DNA from: Pseudomonadota bacterium
GTDB taxonomy: Bacteria > Pseudomonadota > Alphaproteobacteria > Paracaedibacterales > CAIOTO01
Direction: 5' to 3'
NCBI GenBank assembly: GCA_040387495.1
Contig: JAZKDQ010000001.1
Span: forward strand, 1 to 64,000
Length of the DNA: 64,000 nucleotides
The translations under genes and the position numbers were made by a program. The notes under the pieces were generated by a model, which had not been told where the DNA came from, did no database searches, and saw nothing but the letters and a program-made list of their open reading frames with translations. Numbering within the stretch: position 1 is the stretch's first letter; the number at the start of each line of letters is the position of its first letter. This document shows positions 29,257 to 44,227 of this stretch, one piece after another.

Positions 29257-30833
29257 AACTTGCTGTCGATAGCGATGAAGCTGCGGCTCAATATTTTCTT
29301 GCCTTAGCTTATGAGCACGGAGCAGGTGTGGTTCAAGATTTAAATGAAGCTGTACGTTTATTTCGGTTGGCCGCAGATCAAGGATTGGCACGGGCGCAGT
29401 ATAATCTTGGTAAATATTATAAAGAAGGAAAAGGCGTTACTGCAGATTTAAATGAAGCTGTTCGTTTATTTCGATTGGCCGCAAATCAAGGGGATGCACG
29501 AGGACAACATAGTCTTGGTTTGCGCTACTATCATGGAACAGGTATTGCGAAGGATGAGCAGGAGGCGGTGAGTTGGTTTACGCTCGCTGCGAATCAAGGA
29601 AACGTGCAGGCTCAATATGATCTTGGTGTGTGTTATGCAAATGGAACTGGTGTTATTCAGAATGAACGGGAGGCGCTACGCCTTTATACACTTGCAGCAA
29701 ATCAAGGAAATGCCAGTGCTCAATGTAACCTTGGTCTGTGTTATTATTGTGGAATGGGTATTTCAAAAGATGATGTTGAAGCAGTTCGTTTATTTACACT
29801 CGCTGCAGACCAAGGCAACGCAGTCGCACAAACTAATCTTGGTCTGTGTTATACAAACGGAACAGGTGTTCCGAAGAATGACCAAGAAGCTGTACGTTTT
29901 TATACACTCGCTGCAAATCAAGGATGTGCCGAGGCTCAGCATAGTCTTAGTGTGCGTTATAATAGTGGAACTGGTGTTATAAAAAATGAGCAGGAAACCA
30001 TGCATTGGTGTGCACTTGCTGCGAATCAGGGACATGCAACAGCACAATATAACCTTGGCATTCACTATAAAAATGGAGCAGGTATTGCAAAGAATGAGCA
30101 AGAAGCAGTGCGTTGGTTTACTCTTGCTGCGAATCAAAGAAATGCCGAGGCTCAACATATGCTTGGTTTATGTTATGCAAGTGAAATAGGTGTCACAAAG
30201 AATGAGCAGGAAGCCGTAAGTTGGTTTACACTTGCTGCAAATCAAGGATTAGTTCAGGCACAGTATCTCCTGGGTATGTGTTATGTCTCTGGAACAGGTC
30301 TTACGAAGAATGAGGAAGAAGCCGTACGTTGGTTCACACTTGCTGCAAATCAGGGGAATGACGAGGCACAACTTAAGCTTGCTTTGTGTTGCTATATGGG
30401 GACAGGTGTTGCAATAGATCATGTTGAAGCTGTGCGTCTTTATACACTCGCCGCGAAGCAAGGAAATGCAGCGGCTCAATCCAATCTTGGTTTATGTTAT
30501 GCGAATGGAACAGGTGTTACGAAGAATGAGCAAGAAGCCGTACGTTTTTATACACTCGCTGCAAATCAGGGAGAAGCGCAGGCGCAATTTAATCTTGGTG
30601 CTGCCTACTATGATGGTATAGGCGTTATGAAGAATGAGCAGGAAGCTATGCGTTGGTTCGCGCTTGCTGCAAATCAAGGCCATCCAATGGCACAATATAA
30701 TCTTGGTATATATTATTATAATGGTAATGGGGTTAACAGAAATGTAATGGAAGCTATTCGATTGTTTAGGCTTTCTGCGGCACAAGGAAACGGATCAGCA
30801 AGAGATGTTTTGACTCAGCTCAACATTCGCTGA
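29232..30833 (+). CDS. Sel1-like repeat protein (14 x 36-aa repeats)
   Basis: Consensus xAxAQxNLGxxYxxGxGVxKNExEAVRxFTLAANQG counted 14 times; frame already open from 29196. Confidence 0.93.
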   Translation: MASEIEQLKLAVDSDEAAAQYFLALAYEHGAGVVQDLNEAVRLFRLAADQGLARAQYNLGKYYKEGKGVTADLNEAVRLFRLAANQGDARGQHSLGLRYYHGTGIAKDEQEAVSWFTLAANQGNVQAQYDLGVCYANGTGVIQNEREALRLYTLAANQGNASAQCNLGLCYYCGMGISKDDVEAVRLFTLAADQGNAVAQTNLGLCYTNGTGVPKNDQEAVRFYTLAANQGCAEAQHSLSVRYNSGTGVIKNEQETMHWCALAANQGHATAQYNLGIHYKNGAGIAKNEQEAVRWFTLAANQRNAEAQHMLGLCYASEIGVTKNEQEAVSWFTLAANQGLVQAQYLLGMCYVSGTGLTKNEEEAVRWFTLAANQGNDEAQLKLALCCYMGTGVAIDHVEAVRLYTLAAKQGNAAAQSNLGLCYANGTGVTKNEQEAVRFYTLAANQGEAQAQFNLGAAYYDGIGVMKNEQEAMRWFALAANQGHPMAQYNLGIYYYNGNGVNRNVMEAIRLFRLSAAQGNGSARDVLTQLNIR

Positions 30834-30850
30834 AAATTAGCGAACGAAGC

Positions 30851-31168
30851 ATGAATGGCTGTGCAGCGTTTATTTTTGCAACGGTCATTTACCTGATGCA
30901 AAACAATGGTATGGAAATTAGCATTATGACGATGCTGCTGTGGATTTTTATTGCAACCATCGCTGCGATTGGTAATGCTGGCGTGCCGATGGGATGTTTT
31001 TTCCTCAGTGCTAGCTTACTCACCAGCATGAATGTGCCAACTGCCTTGCTTGGGCTAATTTTGCCATTTTATAGCATTATTGACATAATAGAGACGGCGC
31101 TGAATGTATGGTCGGATACGTGCGTTGCAAAAGTGATTGATGTGCAGACGAAAGATGGTGTGGCTTAG
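30851..31168 (+). pseudogene. Second copy of the last 318 nt of the DAACS symporter gene
   Basis: Gap-free match to 28551-28868; 5 amino-acid differences in 105. Confidence 0.92.
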
Positions 31169-31251
31169 AACATAAGTGAATAAAAAAATATTGACAAAGT
31201 TATATCTTCAGAATATAGATTGTGAAATGTTAAATTCATGGTTGGTAAAAA

Positions 31252-31962
31252 ATGTTTGTTATACATGGTCATAAAAAAGAAGTTGTTTCTAGTGAATATT
31301 TTAGTGGACAATGTCAAATTTGCAAAAGTAATAGGTTGTTTTTATGTGACTTGAAATATACGGGTTCAGTATTCTTATTGCCAATAATTAATAGAGAATT
31401 TAAAAAAATAATATGTGATAGTTGTCATACTGAATATAAAATAAGAGTAGTTGATGAGCGCATTTCATTGCGTCCGCTTAATAAAGTAGCAAAATTAATA
31501 AGGATACTTGAGACAACAAAATCTGTTGTTTATTCTTTTTACTCATTCATTGCTCTATTTTTTGCTCTATTTTTTGCTTTTATTTATTGCGAAAAAGAAA
31601 TAGATAAGATAAATACAGAATCTTACAAACAGAGTCCGCAAGTATATGATACTTATATTATAAAATCAGTTGGTAATGAAAAATTTCCGTATAAAGTAAT
31701 GAAGATTACCTCAATCAGAACAAATGAATTCTTTTTTGATCAATTAGACTGTATTTTTAGAGATATAAGTTCTGCGGAAAGAGAGGTAGCTAGCACGCAT
31801 CACTCGAACTCATATGTATATTATACGAAAAAGGATCTTGATTCTGTAGAGGTATCAAAAATTATAAGACCAAATCACAAGCTTGTATTATCTTTAAAAG
31901 AAAAATTATACATTTATTTTAGTATTCTGAAAGATTTATTTAAAACAAAGCTGAAATCTTAA
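31252..31962 (+). CDS. Zinc-ribbon membrane protein, very AT-rich
   Basis: CQIC...CDSC pairs and one TM helix; TTGACA at 31191 upstream. Confidence 0.7.
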   Translation: MFVIHGHKKEVVSSEYFSGQCQICKSNRLFLCDLKYTGSVFLLPIINREFKKIICDSCHTEYKIRVVDERISLRPLNKVAKLIRILETTKSVVYSFYSFIALFFALFFAFIYCEKEIDKINTESYKQSPQVYDTYIIKSVGNEKFPYKVMKITSIRTNEFFFDQLDCIFRDISSAEREVASTHHSNSYVYYTKKDLDSVEVSKIIRPNHKLVLSLKEKLYIYFSILKDLFKTKLKS

Positions 31963-32128
31963 ATATTTTATTAAGCTTTTAAAACTTTATCAATTCTGAA
32001 ATACAAAGTATGATTTTCTAAGCTTGTGGAAAACAAATCATATGAACCTACACAAGGCAAAATTAACACTGGACAAAGCACTCAAATGTGCGGTAAAAAG
32101 GATGGCAGTATTTTATTATACTGTTGCT

Positions 32129-32205
32129 AGGAGTGTAGCTCAATTGGCTAGAGCGTCGGTCTCCAAAACCGAAGGTTGGGGGTTCGAGACCCTCCACTCC
32201 TGCCA
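32129..32205 (+). tRNA. trnW: tRNA-Trp (CCA)
   Basis: Acceptor aggagtg/cactcct, anticodon loop CTCCAAA, GTTCGAG T-loop, encoded 3' CCA; directly upstream of secE. Confidence 0.97.
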
Positions 32206-32232
32206 CTCTGGACACAATGAATAAGGTGGTTT

Positions 32233-32442
32233 ATGAAAACAGAAACAAAGCAGTCGTTAGTTAAACGCATTTTTGCTTTTATCCAAGAGGTAAAGCAAGA
32301 AACTAAGAAAGTAACATGGCCTTCTCGCCGTGAAGCAACACTAACAACCGTTGTTGTGTTTATATTTGCTATGCTCGCAGCAATTTATTTTGTGATCGTG
32401 GATAAAATCATCATAACTTTATTAAAACTTATTACAGGCTAA
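32233..32442 (+). CDS. secE: Preprotein translocase subunit SecE
   Basis: EVKQETKKVTWPSRRE plus TM helix; synteny. Confidence 0.96.
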   Translation: MKTETKQSLVKRIFAFIQEVKQETKKVTWPSRREATLTTVVVFIFAMLAAIYFVIVDKIIITLLKLITG

Positions 32443-32451
32443 ATCACATTC

Positions 32452-33006
32452 ATGACAGATGTAGCAACAGTGACTAAACAAAAACGATGGTACGTAGTGA
32501 ACGTATACTCAGGCTTTGAAAAAAAAGTCGTGCAAGCAATTACTGAAATGGCTGAGCGAAAAGGTCTAACCGAATGCTTTGAAGAGTTTTTGGTTCCTTG
32601 TGAAGAGGTTGTTGAGGTGCGCCGTGGTGCAAAAGTTAACACAGAGCGTCAGTATTTTCCTGGATATATTCTTGTTAAAATGGAATTGTCGGATGATGCA
32701 TGGCAGCTTGTTCTCAACGTGCCGCGTGTTGCAAGCTTTTTAGGGGCGAACGGTAAGCCGAGTCCTATCACAGAACGTGAAGTTTCACGTATCATGAAAC
32801 AAATGCAGGAATCAATTGAAAAACCACGTCACACCACCACATTTGAAGTGGGTGAGCAGGTTCGTGTGTGTGATGGACCATTTTCATCATTTACTGGAAT
32901 CGTGGAAGACACAGACGACGAAAAAGGTCGCCTTAAAGTATCTGTTACTATTTTTGGACGTGCAACACCAGTTGAACTGGAGTTCAATCAAGTCGAAAAA
33001 GTGTAA
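32452..33006 (+). CDS. nusG: Transcription termination/antitermination factor NusG
   Basis: WYVVNVYSGFE, FPGYILV, KOW domain, IFGRATPVEL. Confidence 0.98.
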   Translation: MTDVATVTKQKRWYVVNVYSGFEKKVVQAITEMAERKGLTECFEEFLVPCEEVVEVRRGAKVNTERQYFPGYILVKMELSDDAWQLVLNVPRVASFLGANGKPSPITEREVSRIMKQMQESIEKPRHTTTFEVGEQVRVCDGPFSSFTGIVEDTDDEKGRLKVSVTIFGRATPVELEFNQVEKV

Positions 33007-33097
33007 CGGGTTGGGCAATGGTGCCCAAAACGTGGAAGATGTTGCCGCATTGTACCACGGACTCAGAAACACAAACATTTAACTACTGAGGATTAAT

Positions 33098-33526
33098 ATG
33101 GCAAAGAAAATTACGGGTTATATCAAGTTGCAAGTTGCAGCTGGTAAAGCAAACCCATCCCCACCAATTGGTCCAGCTTTGGGTCAACGCGGTTTGAATA
33201 TTATGGAATTTTGTAAAGCATTCAATGCGCAAACACAAGCAACAGAGCCAGGTACGCCTATTCCTGTTGTTATCACTGTTTATGCGGATCGTACGTTTTC
33301 GTTCGTTACAAAAACACCGCCAAACTCATACTTTTTAAAGAAAGCTGCTGGTATTGCTAAGGGAACACAAACTCCTGGTCGTGAAACAGTTGGTTCGGTA
33401 ACAATGGAGCAAATTCGCGAAATTGCTGCAATTAAAATGCCTGACTTGAATGCACTTGATATTGATGCTGCATGCCAAATGCTCATCGGTTCTGCACGTT
33501 CAATGGGCTTGGAAGTGGCGGAGTAG
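33098..33526 (+). CDS. rplK: 50S ribosomal protein L11
   Basis: [27 protein letters not shown]. Confidence 0.99.
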   Translation: MAKKITGYIKLQVAAGKANPSPPIGPALGQRGLNIMEFCKAFNAQTQATEPGTPIPVVITVYADRTFSFVTKTPPNSYFLKKAAGIAKGTQTPGRETVGSVTMEQIREIAAIKMPDLNALDIDAACQMLIGSARSMGLEVAE

Positions 33527-33529
33527 ACC

Positions 33530-34213
33530 ATGGCGATTGGAAAAAGATTAAAGCAAGCAAATACTGCTGTTGATAAAAATAAAGTGTACACAGCTGAAGA
33601 AGCTATCGCATTGATTAAGTCCTTGGCGAAAGCTAAGTTTGACGAAACAATCGAAGTTTCGATGAATCTTGGTGTTGATCCTAAAAAGGCGGATCAAAAC
33701 TTGCGTGGTGTTGTTCAGTTACCTCATGGAACTGGTAAGACATATCGTGTTGCTGTGTTTGCTCGTGGTGTAAAAGCGGAAGAAGCAAAAGCTGCAGGTG
33801 CTGACATCGTTGGTGCAGAAGATTTGATGGAAATGGTTCAAGCTGGTAATATGCCGTTTGACCGTTGTATCGCAACTCCTGACATGATGGGTATTGTTGG
33901 TCGCGTTGGTAAGATTTTAGGGCCTCGTAGCCTTATGCCTAACCCAAAGCTTGGGACAGTAACAATGGATGTTGCAGAAGCAGTTAAAGCCGTTAAAGGT
34001 GGGCAAGTTGAATATCGTGCTGAAAAAGCTGGTATTGTTCACTGTGGTTTTGGTAAAGCAAGTTTCGCAGCGGATGCATTGCTCGAGAACCTTAAAGTAT
34101 TCGTGGATACAATTCAAAAAGCGCGTCCAGCGGGTGTTAAAGGTACATACGTTCGTAAGTTAAGCATGAGCTCAACGCAAGGTCCAGGTGTGACCTTTAC
34201 GATGGGTGCTTAA
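33530..34213 (+). CDS. rplA: 50S ribosomal protein L1
   Basis: [25 protein letters not shown]. Confidence 0.99.
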   Translation: MAIGKRLKQANTAVDKNKVYTAEEAIALIKSLAKAKFDETIEVSMNLGVDPKKADQNLRGVVQLPHGTGKTYRVAVFARGVKAEEAKAAGADIVGAEDLMEMVQAGNMPFDRCIATPDMMGIVGRVGKILGPRSLMPNPKLGTVTMDVAEAVKAVKGGQVEYRAEKAGIVHCGFGKASFAADALLENLKVFVDTIQKARPAGVKGTYVRKLSMSSTQGPGVTFTMGA

Positions 34214-34292
34214 TATAAAAAATTCGGTGAAGCGTAAAAGCTTCACTGGTCCCGTTCATAATTTTTTAATTCGTTATTAAAATTATGAGTGG

Positions 34293-34376
34293 TGTCAAAG
34301 ACTGTGGGTTCCGCAAGGTTTAATCGCTGTATTTTAGGGTAATAATCTTAAAATACTGGGCGGCCGACAGGAGGCA
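34293..34376 (+). promoter_or_regulatory. Probable L10 (rplJ) leader autoregulatory RNA
   Basis: aagactgtggg...ttaa...ccgacaggaggc pattern in the rplA-rplJ spacer, the known position of this leader. Confidence 0.55.
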
Positions 34377-34491
34377 GAAGGGACAGAAAATAGATTTTCA
34401 CTTAAGAGATTAAGTGGTGATCTTACCCTTCTGTAACATAAATTGCTCAGCATTATAGTGATGCTGGGTGTGTTCATAAGGAGTAAGAATC

Positions 34492-34998
34492 ATGAACCGT
34501 ACAGAAAAGGAGCAGCTCGTCGTCGATATACGTGACACGTTGCAACAAGCGTCGGTTGTGATCGTGACTCAACAAACTGGGTTAACGGTTGCTCAAGCGA
34601 CACTATTGCGCCGTCAAATGCGTGATGCTGGTGCTGAATTTAAGGTTCTGAAAAATACTCTGGCTCGAATAGCTGTTAAAGACACAGCACTCGAAGGATT
34701 AACGCCGATGCTCGTAGGGCCTACAGCTCTCGCGTATTCGACTGATCCTGTTGCAGCTGCTAAGGTTGTTGCTAAATTTGCGAACACCAACGATATGTTG
34801 AAAATCGTTGGTGGTTGTCTCAATGGGCAAGTGCTCAATGCGGCAAGCGTTAAATCATTAGCAACATTACCGTCTTTGGACGAATTGCGATCAAAGCTTA
34901 TTGGGGTGCTTTTGGCACCTGCAACAAAGCTTGCCGTGCTATCCAAAGAACCAGCTGCACGTATTGCACGTGTTTTGGCCGCCAAGAGTCGTGGGTAA
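34492..34998 (+). CDS. rplJ: 50S ribosomal protein L10
   Basis: GLTVAQ, KVLKNTLA, LATLPSLDELR. Confidence 0.98.
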   Translation: MNRTEKEQLVVDIRDTLQQASVVIVTQQTGLTVAQATLLRRQMRDAGAEFKVLKNTLARIAVKDTALEGLTPMLVGPTALAYSTDPVAAAKVVAKFANTNDMLKIVGGCLNGQVLNAASVKSLATLPSLDELRSKLIGVLLAPATKLAVLSKEPAARIARVLAAKSRG

Positions 34999-35032
34999 TT
35001 TTCAAAATTAATCTAATTAGGAGAAGTAAAAA

Positions 35033-35404
35033 ATGGCTAAATTAGCAAAAATCGTTGATGAATTGTCAACATTAACTGTACTAGAAGCAGCAGAACTTTC
35101 AAAGTTGCTTGAAGAAAAATGGGGCGTAAGCGCTGCTGTTGCTGCTGCACCTGCTGCTGCTGCTGGTCCAGCTGCTGCTGCTGAAGAAGAAAAAACAGAA
35201 TTTGATGTTATTCTTGTTGATGCTGGCGCAAACAAAATCAACGTAATCAAAGAAGTTCGTGCGATTACAGGCTTAGGTCTTAAAGAAGCAAAAGATCTTA
35301 CTGAAGCTGGCGGAAAGCCAGTTAAGCAAGGTGTTTCTAAAGACGAAGCAGCTAAATTAAAAAAGCAGCTTGAAGACGCTGGCGCTAAGGTTGAAGTTAA
35401 ATAA
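35033..35404 (+). CDS. rplL: 50S ribosomal protein L7/L12
   Basis: [25 protein letters not shown]. Confidence 0.99.
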   Translation: MAKLAKIVDELSTLTVLEAAELSKLLEEKWGVSAAVAAAPAAAAGPAAAAEEEKTEFDVILVDAGANKINVIKEVRAITGLGLKEAKDLTEAGGKPVKQGVSKDEAAKLKKQLEDAGAKVEVK

Positions 35405-35601
35405 AAACCTAAATGTAACTATTGGGCAAGCATAAATTGCTTGCCCACACTAATATCCCAATGTAATTGGGTATGTATTTTGAAGTTTTATTTAAATTGA
35501 GTCTTAAAAACTAATTTTTTTATAAACTATTCGTAACGAGGAGATCTATATTCTCTCGTTAAATTTTTATTTTAGAGATGATTTGTATCGGGGGATATTG
35601 A

Positions 35602-38600
35602 ATGGTTAGGTCTTATACAGGGCGAATGCGATTCCGTAAGTCGTTTGGCCGTAACGCAGAAGTTGCACCATTACCAAATTTAATTGCATTACAAAAATCT
35701 TCGTATGACAGTTTTTTACAAGCAAATACTTCGCATGAATCACGCTTAGATGTTGGCTTGCAAGAAGTATTTCGTTCCATATTTCCAATAAAAGATTTTT
35801 CAGGTAAATCGCAGCTTGAATTTCATAAGTATCAATTTGATACGCCAAAGTATGATGAGCCTGAGTGCCGCCAACGTGGTATGACATTCGCAGCACCGTT
35901 GCGCGTAACGTTCCGATTAGTTGTTTGGGATGTTGATAGTGACACTGGGTCACGGTCCATCCGCGACATTAAAGAACAAGATGTGTATATGGGTGATGTC
36001 CCTTTGATGACAGATCGTGGTACTTTCATTGTTAATGGTATTGAACGTGTTATTGTTTCTCAAATGCATCGTAGTCCAGGTGTGTTCTTTGATCATGATA
36101 AGGGTAAATCACATAGCTCTGGTAAAATTTTATACGCAGCACGTGTTGTGCCTTACCGTGGTTCTTGGATTGATTTTGAATTTGATCCAAAAGATACTTT
36201 GTATGTACGTATTGACCGTCGTCGTAAATTACCATTAACAACATTCTTGATGGCGCTTGATAGTAATGAGACAAGTATTCTCCGTCAAAAGAGTATTGCG
36301 TCGGGTGAACCTTTGTTACCAAGTGCAATCACAGGTATGTCACGTGAAGAAATTCTCAATACATTTTATAATACTGTTGATTATACGAAAACAGTTAAAG
36401 GTTGGACGACACCATATTTTGCTGATCATTGGCGTGGTGTTAAGTTAAATCAGAATTTGATTAACGCTGAAACTGGTGACATCGTTGCTGAAAAAGAGAC
36501 TAAAATCACTCCGCGCATGGCGAAAAAATTCCAAGCTGATGGTTTGAATTCAGTTCTTGTTACCGAAGAAGACCTTTATAGTCTCTATCTAGCAAATGAT
36601 CATATTGACGAAAACTCAGGTGAAATCTTTTTAGAAGCTGGTGATGAACTATCAAAAGAAGTATTAGAGCTTACTAGAACATTGAAACTTAATAAACTAT
36701 CCGTTTTGCACATTGATCATATAAATATTGGTGGTTATTTACTTGCAACATTGCTAGCTGATAAGAATCACAGTCGTGAAGATGCTTTGCTCGATATTTA
36801 TCGCTCTATTCGTCCTGGTGAGCCACCCACTCTTGAAGGTGGTGAGGCTATATTCAAAGGGTTGTTCTTTGACGAAGAGCGTTATGACTTATCAGCAGTT
36901 GGTCGTGTTAAATTAAATGCTCGCCTTGGCCTTGAAATTGAAGATACTGTACGTATTCTTTTGAAGAGCGATATCGTTGCAATTATAAAAACATTGCTTG
37001 AACTGAAAGACGGTCGTGGCGAAGTAGATGATATTGATAACCTTGGCAACCGTCGTGTTCGTTCTGTTGGTGAATTGATTGAAAACCAATTCCGTGTTGG
37101 TGTTGTTCGTATGGAACGCACAATTAAAGAACGCATGGGTTCAGTTGACATTGAAACAGTAATGCCAAATGATTTGATTAATGCAAAGCCAGTTGCTGCA
37201 TCAATTCGTGAATTCTTCGGATCTTCACAATTATCTCAGTTTATGGATCAAACGAATCCACTTTCAGAAATTACGCATAAGCGTCGTTTGTCCGCCTTGG
37301 GACCAGGTGGTTTATCACGTGACCGCGCAGGTTTTGAAGTACGAGACGTGCATCCAACCCATTATGGTCGTATTTGTCCAATTGAGACGCCTGAAGGTCC
37401 AAATATTGGTTTGATTAACTCACTTGCAACGTATGCTCGTATCAATAAGTATGGTTTTATTGAAACTCCATATCGGAAAGTTACTGATGGTATCGTTACT
37501 GATGATGTTGTTTATCTATCTGCTATGCAAGAAGGTCGCTATAATATTGCTCCTGCAAACGCACCTTTCGATGAGAACAATCGTCTTGTTGAAGATTTAC
37601 TCACAATACATCGTGGTGGCGAAGTTGGTATGATGCTTCGTGAAGATGTTCACTTGATGGACGTTTCACCAAAGCAATTGGTGTCTGTTGCTGCTTCATT
37701 AATTCCTTTCTTGGAAAATGACGACGCATCACGTGCATTGATGGGATCAAACATGCAACGTCAGGCTGTTCCTTTATTACGTACTGAAGCTCCTATTGTC
37801 GGTACTGGCATGGAACATATTGTTGCGCGGGACTCAGGTGCTGTTATTATAGCAAAACGTGCCGGTGTTGTGGATCAGATCGATGGTAAGCGTATTGTTA
37901 TTCGCGCGACCGAGCCAGATAGCAAAGGTGACATTGGTGTTGATATTTACACGTTGCTGAAATATCAAGGTTCGAATATGAACACGTGTATCAATCAAAA
38001 ACCACTTGTTCGTAAAGGTGATGTTGTAATAGCGGGTGATATTATCGCTGATGGTCCGTCAACGGATATGGGTGAATTAGCGCTTGGCCGTAACTGTCTC
38101 GTAGCATTTATGTCATGGCAAGGTTATAACTTTGAGGACTCAATCGTTATTTCAGAACGTATTGCTCGTGACGACGTATTCACTTCGATTCATATCGAAG
38201 GCTTTGAAGTGATGGCCCGCGACACGAAACTTGGTAACGAAGATATATCTCGTGATATTCCAAACGTTGGTGAAGAAGCGCTTCGTAATTTGGATGAAGC
38301 TGGTATCATTTATGTTGGTGCCGAAGTTAATCCAGGCGACATTTTGGTAGGCAAGGTGACACCAAAAGGTGAAACACCAATGACTCCTGAAGAAAAATTG
38401 CTACGTGCAATCTTTGGTGAAAAGGCTGCCGATGTTCGCGATAGCTCACTTCGTGTGCCACCAGGGGTATCAGGAACGGTTGTTGAAGTTCGTGTGTTTT
38501 CTCGCCGTGGTGTGGAAAAGGACGAACGTGCAATTGCAATTGAACGTCAAGAAATTGAACGCCTTGCAAAAGACCGTGATGATGAGCGTGGCATTTTGGA

Positions 38601-39768
38601 ACGTAGCTTCTATCAACGTTTGCAAGATAAATTGCTCGGTCATAAAATTATTTCAGGACCAACAGGCATTCAATCTGGTAAGAAATTAACAACAGAGATT
38701 CTAGCTGAATTTACACAAGGTCAATGGCGACGTATCGTTGTTGATAATGAAGCTATTATGACTGATGTTGAGGCAATGAAACGTCATATTGATGAATGTG
38801 TTGCAAGACTCCAGGCTGTATTTGAGGATAAAGTCGAAAAGTTACGCCGTGGTGATGAATTGCCACCTGGGGTACTTAAGATGGTTAAAGTCTTTATTGC
38901 TGTTAAGCGTAAGCTTCAACCTGGTGATAAGATGGCTGGTCGTCATGGTAACAAGGGTGTTGTATCTCGTGTTGTTCCATTGGAAGATATGCCATATCTT
39001 GAAGACGGTACGCCTGTTGATATCATTTTGAACCCGCTTGGTGTTCCATCACGTATGAATGTGGGACAAATTCTTGAGACACATCTTGGTGCTGCTGCTT
39101 TTGGTTTGGGTAAACAAATCACAAAGATGCTGCAGGATTATAAGGACGAAAAGATTGGTACGAGCGATGTTCGTAACATTCTGGGTGATCTTTACATGTC
39201 AAAAACAGATCGTGACGACATCAATGAATTGTCTGACGTTGATCTTCTTGAAATGGCCGGAAATCTTAAAAATGGTATTCCTATGGCAACACCTGTTTTT
39301 GATGGTGCAAAGCAAACTGAGATTGAGGATTATTTAACAAAAGCTGGTTTGGATACATCTGGACAAGTTACGTTATATGATGGTCGTTCTGGTGAAGCGT
39401 TTGATCGTCAAGTAACAGTTGGCCAGATTTATATTTTGAAGCTACACCATTTGGTTGACGATAAGATTCACGCACGTTCAATTGGGCCATACAGCCTTGT
39501 GACGCAACAACCGTTGGGTGGTAAAGCTCAATTCGGTGGGCAGCGTTTCGGGGAAATGGAAGTTTGGGCGCTCGAGGCTTATGGTGCTGCGTATACCTTG
39601 CAAGAAAAACTTACTGTTAAGTCTGACGACGTCGCTGGGCGTATGAAAGCTTACGAAGAAATTGTAAGAGGCGGAGAGAATATTGAAGCCGGTATACCAG
39701 AATCACTTAACGTTTTGGCAAAGGAACTTCGTTCCCTAGGTCTGAACCTATCGTTTAATTATAGTTAG
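35602..39768 (+). CDS. rpoB: RNA polymerase beta subunit
   Basis: [42 protein letters not shown]. Confidence 0.99.
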   Translation: MVRSYTGRMRFRKSFGRNAEVAPLPNLIALQKSSYDSFLQANTSHESRLDVGLQEVFRSIFPIKDFSGKSQLEFHKYQFDTPKYDEPECRQRGMTFAAPLRVTFRLVVWDVDSDTGSRSIRDIKEQDVYMGDVPLMTDRGTFIVNGIERVIVSQMHRSPGVFFDHDKGKSHSSGKILYAARVVPYRGSWIDFEFDPKDTLYVRIDRRRKLPLTTFLMALDSNETSILRQKSIASGEPLLPSAITGMSREEILNTFYNTVDYTKTVKGWTTPYFADHWRGVKLNQNLINAETGDIVAEKETKITPRMAKKFQADGLNSVLVTEEDLYSLYLANDHIDENSGEIFLEAGDELSKEVLELTRTLKLNKLSVLHIDHINIGGYLLATLLADKNHSREDALLDIYRSIRPGEPPTLEGGEAIFKGLFFDEERYDLSAVGRVKLNARLGLEIEDTVRILLKSDIVAIIKTLLELKDGRGEVDDIDNLGNRRVRSVGELIENQFRVGVVRMERTIKERMGSVDIETVMPNDLINAKPVAASIREFFGSSQLSQFMDQTNPLSEITHKRRLSALGPGGLSRDRAGFEVRDVHPTHYGRICPIETPEGPNIGLINSLATYARINKYGFIETPYRKVTDGIVTDDVVYLSAMQEGRYNIAPANAPFDENNRLVEDLLTIHRGGEVGMMLREDVHLMDVSPKQLVSVAASLIPFLENDDASRALMGSNMQRQAVPLLRTEAPIVGTGMEHIVARDSGAVIIAKRAGVVDQIDGKRIVIRATEPDSKGDIGVDIYTLLKYQGSNMNTCINQKPLVRKGDVVIAGDIIADGPSTDMGELALGRNCLVAFMSWQGYNFEDSIVISERIARDDVFTSIHIEGFEVMARDTKLGNEDISRDIPNVGEEALRNLDEAGIIYVGAEVNPGDILVGKVTPKGETPMTPEEKLLRAIFGEKAADVRDSSLRVPPGVSGTVVEVRVFSRRGVEKDERAIAIERQEIERLAKDRDDERGILERSFYQRLQDKLLGHKIISGPTGIQSGKKLTTEILAEFTQGQWRRIVVDNEAIMTDVEAMKRHIDECVARLQAVFEDKVEKLRRGDELPPGVLKMVKVFIAVKRKLQPGDKMAGRHGNKGVVSRVVPLEDMPYLEDGTPVDIILNPLGVPSRMNVGQILETHLGAAAFGLGKQITKMLQDYKDEKIGTSDVRNILGDLYMSKTDRDDINELSDVDLLEMAGNLKNGIPMATPVFDGAKQTEIEDYLTKAGLDTSGQVTLYDGRSGEAFDRQVTVGQIYILKLHHLVDDKIHARSIGPYSLVTQQPLGGKAQFGGQRFGEMEVWALEAYGAAYTLQEKLTVKSDDVAGRMKAYEEIVRGGENIEAGIPESLNVLAKELRSLGLNLSFNYS

Positions 39769-39776
39769 AATATACT

Positions 39777-39810
39777 AATGAATCCACTGTACTTGTATAG
39801 TGGATTCATT
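39777..39810. other. Stem-loop between rpoB and rpoC
   Basis: aatgaatccactgtac-tt-gtatagtggattcatt; no T-run. Confidence 0.6.
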
Positions 39811-39871
39811 ATCATACACTTAATAATAAGTTAATGTGCACGTAATAGTGCACCCCCTCTTAGGAGTTTAG

Positions 39872-44038
<4,167 letters not shown>

Positions 44039-44062
44039 CAATTTCTAGATAAAGAATGAATG

Positions 44063-44096
44063 AAGCACGCAATTTAACGGTTGCGTGCTTTTTTTT
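44063..44096 (+). terminator. Rho-independent terminator after rpoC
   Basis: aagcacgcaa-N8-ttgcgtgctt followed by a T-run. Confidence 0.9.
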
Positions 44097-44227
44097 ATTT
44101 TTAGCAAGGAGCTACTTTTTATAAGGTATGTTCTGCGTAAAAAATGTTCTGTTTTTTGATGTTGTTTTCTGACATAACTTAGTTAAACTTAAATTACATA
44201 TATTTTTTGCCATTTTAGGAATGTCCA

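Noticed and set aside
29617..30785. Repetitive alternative-frame ORFs within the Sel1 gene
   Set aside because: By-products of the 108-bp periodicity.
28900..31200. Diversity-generating retroelement (TR/VR) explanation for the duplicated segments or Sel1 variation
   Set aside because: Differences are not adenine-specific, are mostly at third codon positions, and no reverse transcriptase is present.
31169..32205. tRNA-Trp as attachment site of an integrative element
   Set aside because: No duplicated tRNA end and no integrase seen; orphans lie on the 5' side of the tRNA.
32024..32224. 66-aa ORF
   Set aside because: Overlaps tRNA-Trp.
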